Positions 62,655 to 64,000 of a DNA stretch of 64,000 bases are shown here, in pieces. Every line of letters starts with the position of its first letter. Within the stretch, counting starts at the first letter, position 1. Origin of the DNA: the human T2T-CHM13v2.0 reference genome, Homo sapiens. The position numbers were made by a program, and so were the translations under genes. The notes below the pieces were generated by a model. That model was given only the letters and a program-made list of their open reading frames with translations. It searched no databases and had not been told where the DNA came from. The stretch is from NCBI RefSeq assembly GCF_009914755.1, contig NC_060938.1; one strand, written 5' to 3'.

Positions 62655-62696
62655 CTGCAAATCTGGGCCCTCCACTCTGGTTTGGAGCTCTATGAG
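62655..62696 (-). other. Weak candidate 42-nt exon
   Basis: Pyrimidine-rich acceptor tttctctgttgcctgttttgctgtaatcctgctgcag|, donor CAG|GTAAAC, length 3x14, open in phase 0 and phase 1. Confidence 0.25.
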
Positions 62697-63382
62697 CTGC
62701 AGCAGGATTACAGCAAAACAGGCAACAGAGAAACATGTTATATCTTGTACAGAGACATGCAGCCCAGGCGATGATCTTATTAAATAATGACGAGAACCTT
62801 TCTGAGCATCTAAAGTTGTTGTCACAAAAATTGAGGTTCCCCAGGCCACAACTCTCTACTCACTTTGGGAAATCACTTTGAGACACCCTTTGGGAAATGC
62901 TGGACTCTAAAATCCAAATAGAATACAAACACTTGTTTCTGAGAAAAAGAAACTGAGTTCAAAATCTCTAGGGATATCCTACTGCTCTGGCAGGAGTCCA
63001 CTGTGATCCGTTAAATGCAAATGAATCAAGAACATCTGGTCTAAGTTTGTTTTAAAGCCTATGAGGGTTTAAATACAAAGAAAGTCTGGCAAAATATAGT
63101 TTTGAGTCTGCTGAATCTAGAATTTTATATTTTTTAAAAAGGCCAAGAGGTTCAGCAGAGCAAGAGACAAAGTAAGGCTAACTTTATAAAGTTAACTAAT
63201 ACAGGTAGTTTGTCAAAATATTTCTTTCTGGTTTCTCTAGCTTTCTAACACTTTAGCAGTGTTAGAAAACACTGCTAAAATGGCATGTACTTCCAAGTCA
63301 GCTTTGCCAATTTATGTATGTTTGGGTTTCTGTACACCACGATCTGACCAAGTAGGCAGTAGAGATTAATGAAAAGCTACAT

Positions 63383-63457
63383 TTGTATATGTATGTGTGT
63401 GTATACATATACATATACATGTATACGAATATAAATTATACATATACATACATATAA
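63383..63457. repeat. Degenerate (TA/TG/CA)n purine-pyrimidine microsatellite
   Basis: Directly visible. Confidence 0.8.
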
Positions 63458-63633
63458 TTTCGGGAATTTTCAAAGTCTTTAATAAGCGAATACATGTTAT
63501 AAATCTCCAACAAAGGGGGCACAGCGTGACCTAATACACTGGCCCCAGCATCTGGATCTTTTTGGCCTCTTGCATGGGACACACTTTGGAAAATGCTGGA
63601 CTCTTAAGTTCAAGTGGGATACAAACATCAGGG

Positions 63634-64000
63634 ATGCAGACGATTTTAGCCACCCGTATGGTAAATCCACCTGATAGCAATAACATAAACACAGCCTGAG
63701 AAGGACCCTGTATGGCAGATTCACATGAATGTGTGTGCTGAGCTAATGAATCCTGGTGTAGCCAACTTGGGGATTTGTTCCTTGTCTATGAGGAACATCT
63801 GAGCCCCCAGCCCATCCCATGGAACACAGGCTATACAGTGGATCAAGGCCCCAAGTTCTGGGTTGAATAAAGGTTGCCAGATGGAGGTTGCTAGCAAAAT
63901 GGTGCTAACTGAAAATGCTATACAAACTGCATGCTTTTTGCAAGTGGTTGCTGTTGTCCTGTCCAGTCTCCCGCCACTGGACTCTCTTCCCTGTATGTAA
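63634..64000 (+). mobile_element. ERV LTR (LTR47-like), cut by the window end
   Basis: tatgaggaacatctgagcccccagcccatcccatgg...gatcaaggccc...gaaaatgctatacaaactgcatg; homologous to 20468-20942. Confidence 0.75.

Overview
This is primate, very probably human, genomic DNA: AT-rich, CpG-depleted and made mostly of interspersed repeats. Nothing in it is prokaryotic (no CRISPR, rRNA, tRNA or operons), and nearly all supplied ORFs are chance ORFs or repeat-derived. Main contents: about 21 Alu-family SINEs; MIR and L2 relics; MaLR, LTR47 and MER21-type solo LTRs; DNA-transposon MITEs (Tigger2a/MER28, MER119-like, MER5); a full-length young SVA (16516-19038, minus); an RPS24 processed pseudogene with target-site duplications (TSDs) (31611-32175, minus); a 5'-truncated old L1MA (about 45315-49140); and an apparently full-length old L1MA (about 52161-61585) carrying a twin-primed, 5'-inverted L1PA2/3 (54507-56854). 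One CpG-rich, frame-preserving 171-nt candidate exon (22799-22969, minus) suggests the window lies inside a large minus-strand gene, which I cannot name. I found no new biological system. The most interesting points are the microexon isoform preserved in the RPS24 retrocopy, the SVA lacking a normal TSD, the nested L1 inversion and the candidate exon(s). Subfamily calls rest on remembered consensus sequences, and boundaries of old repeats are approximate.
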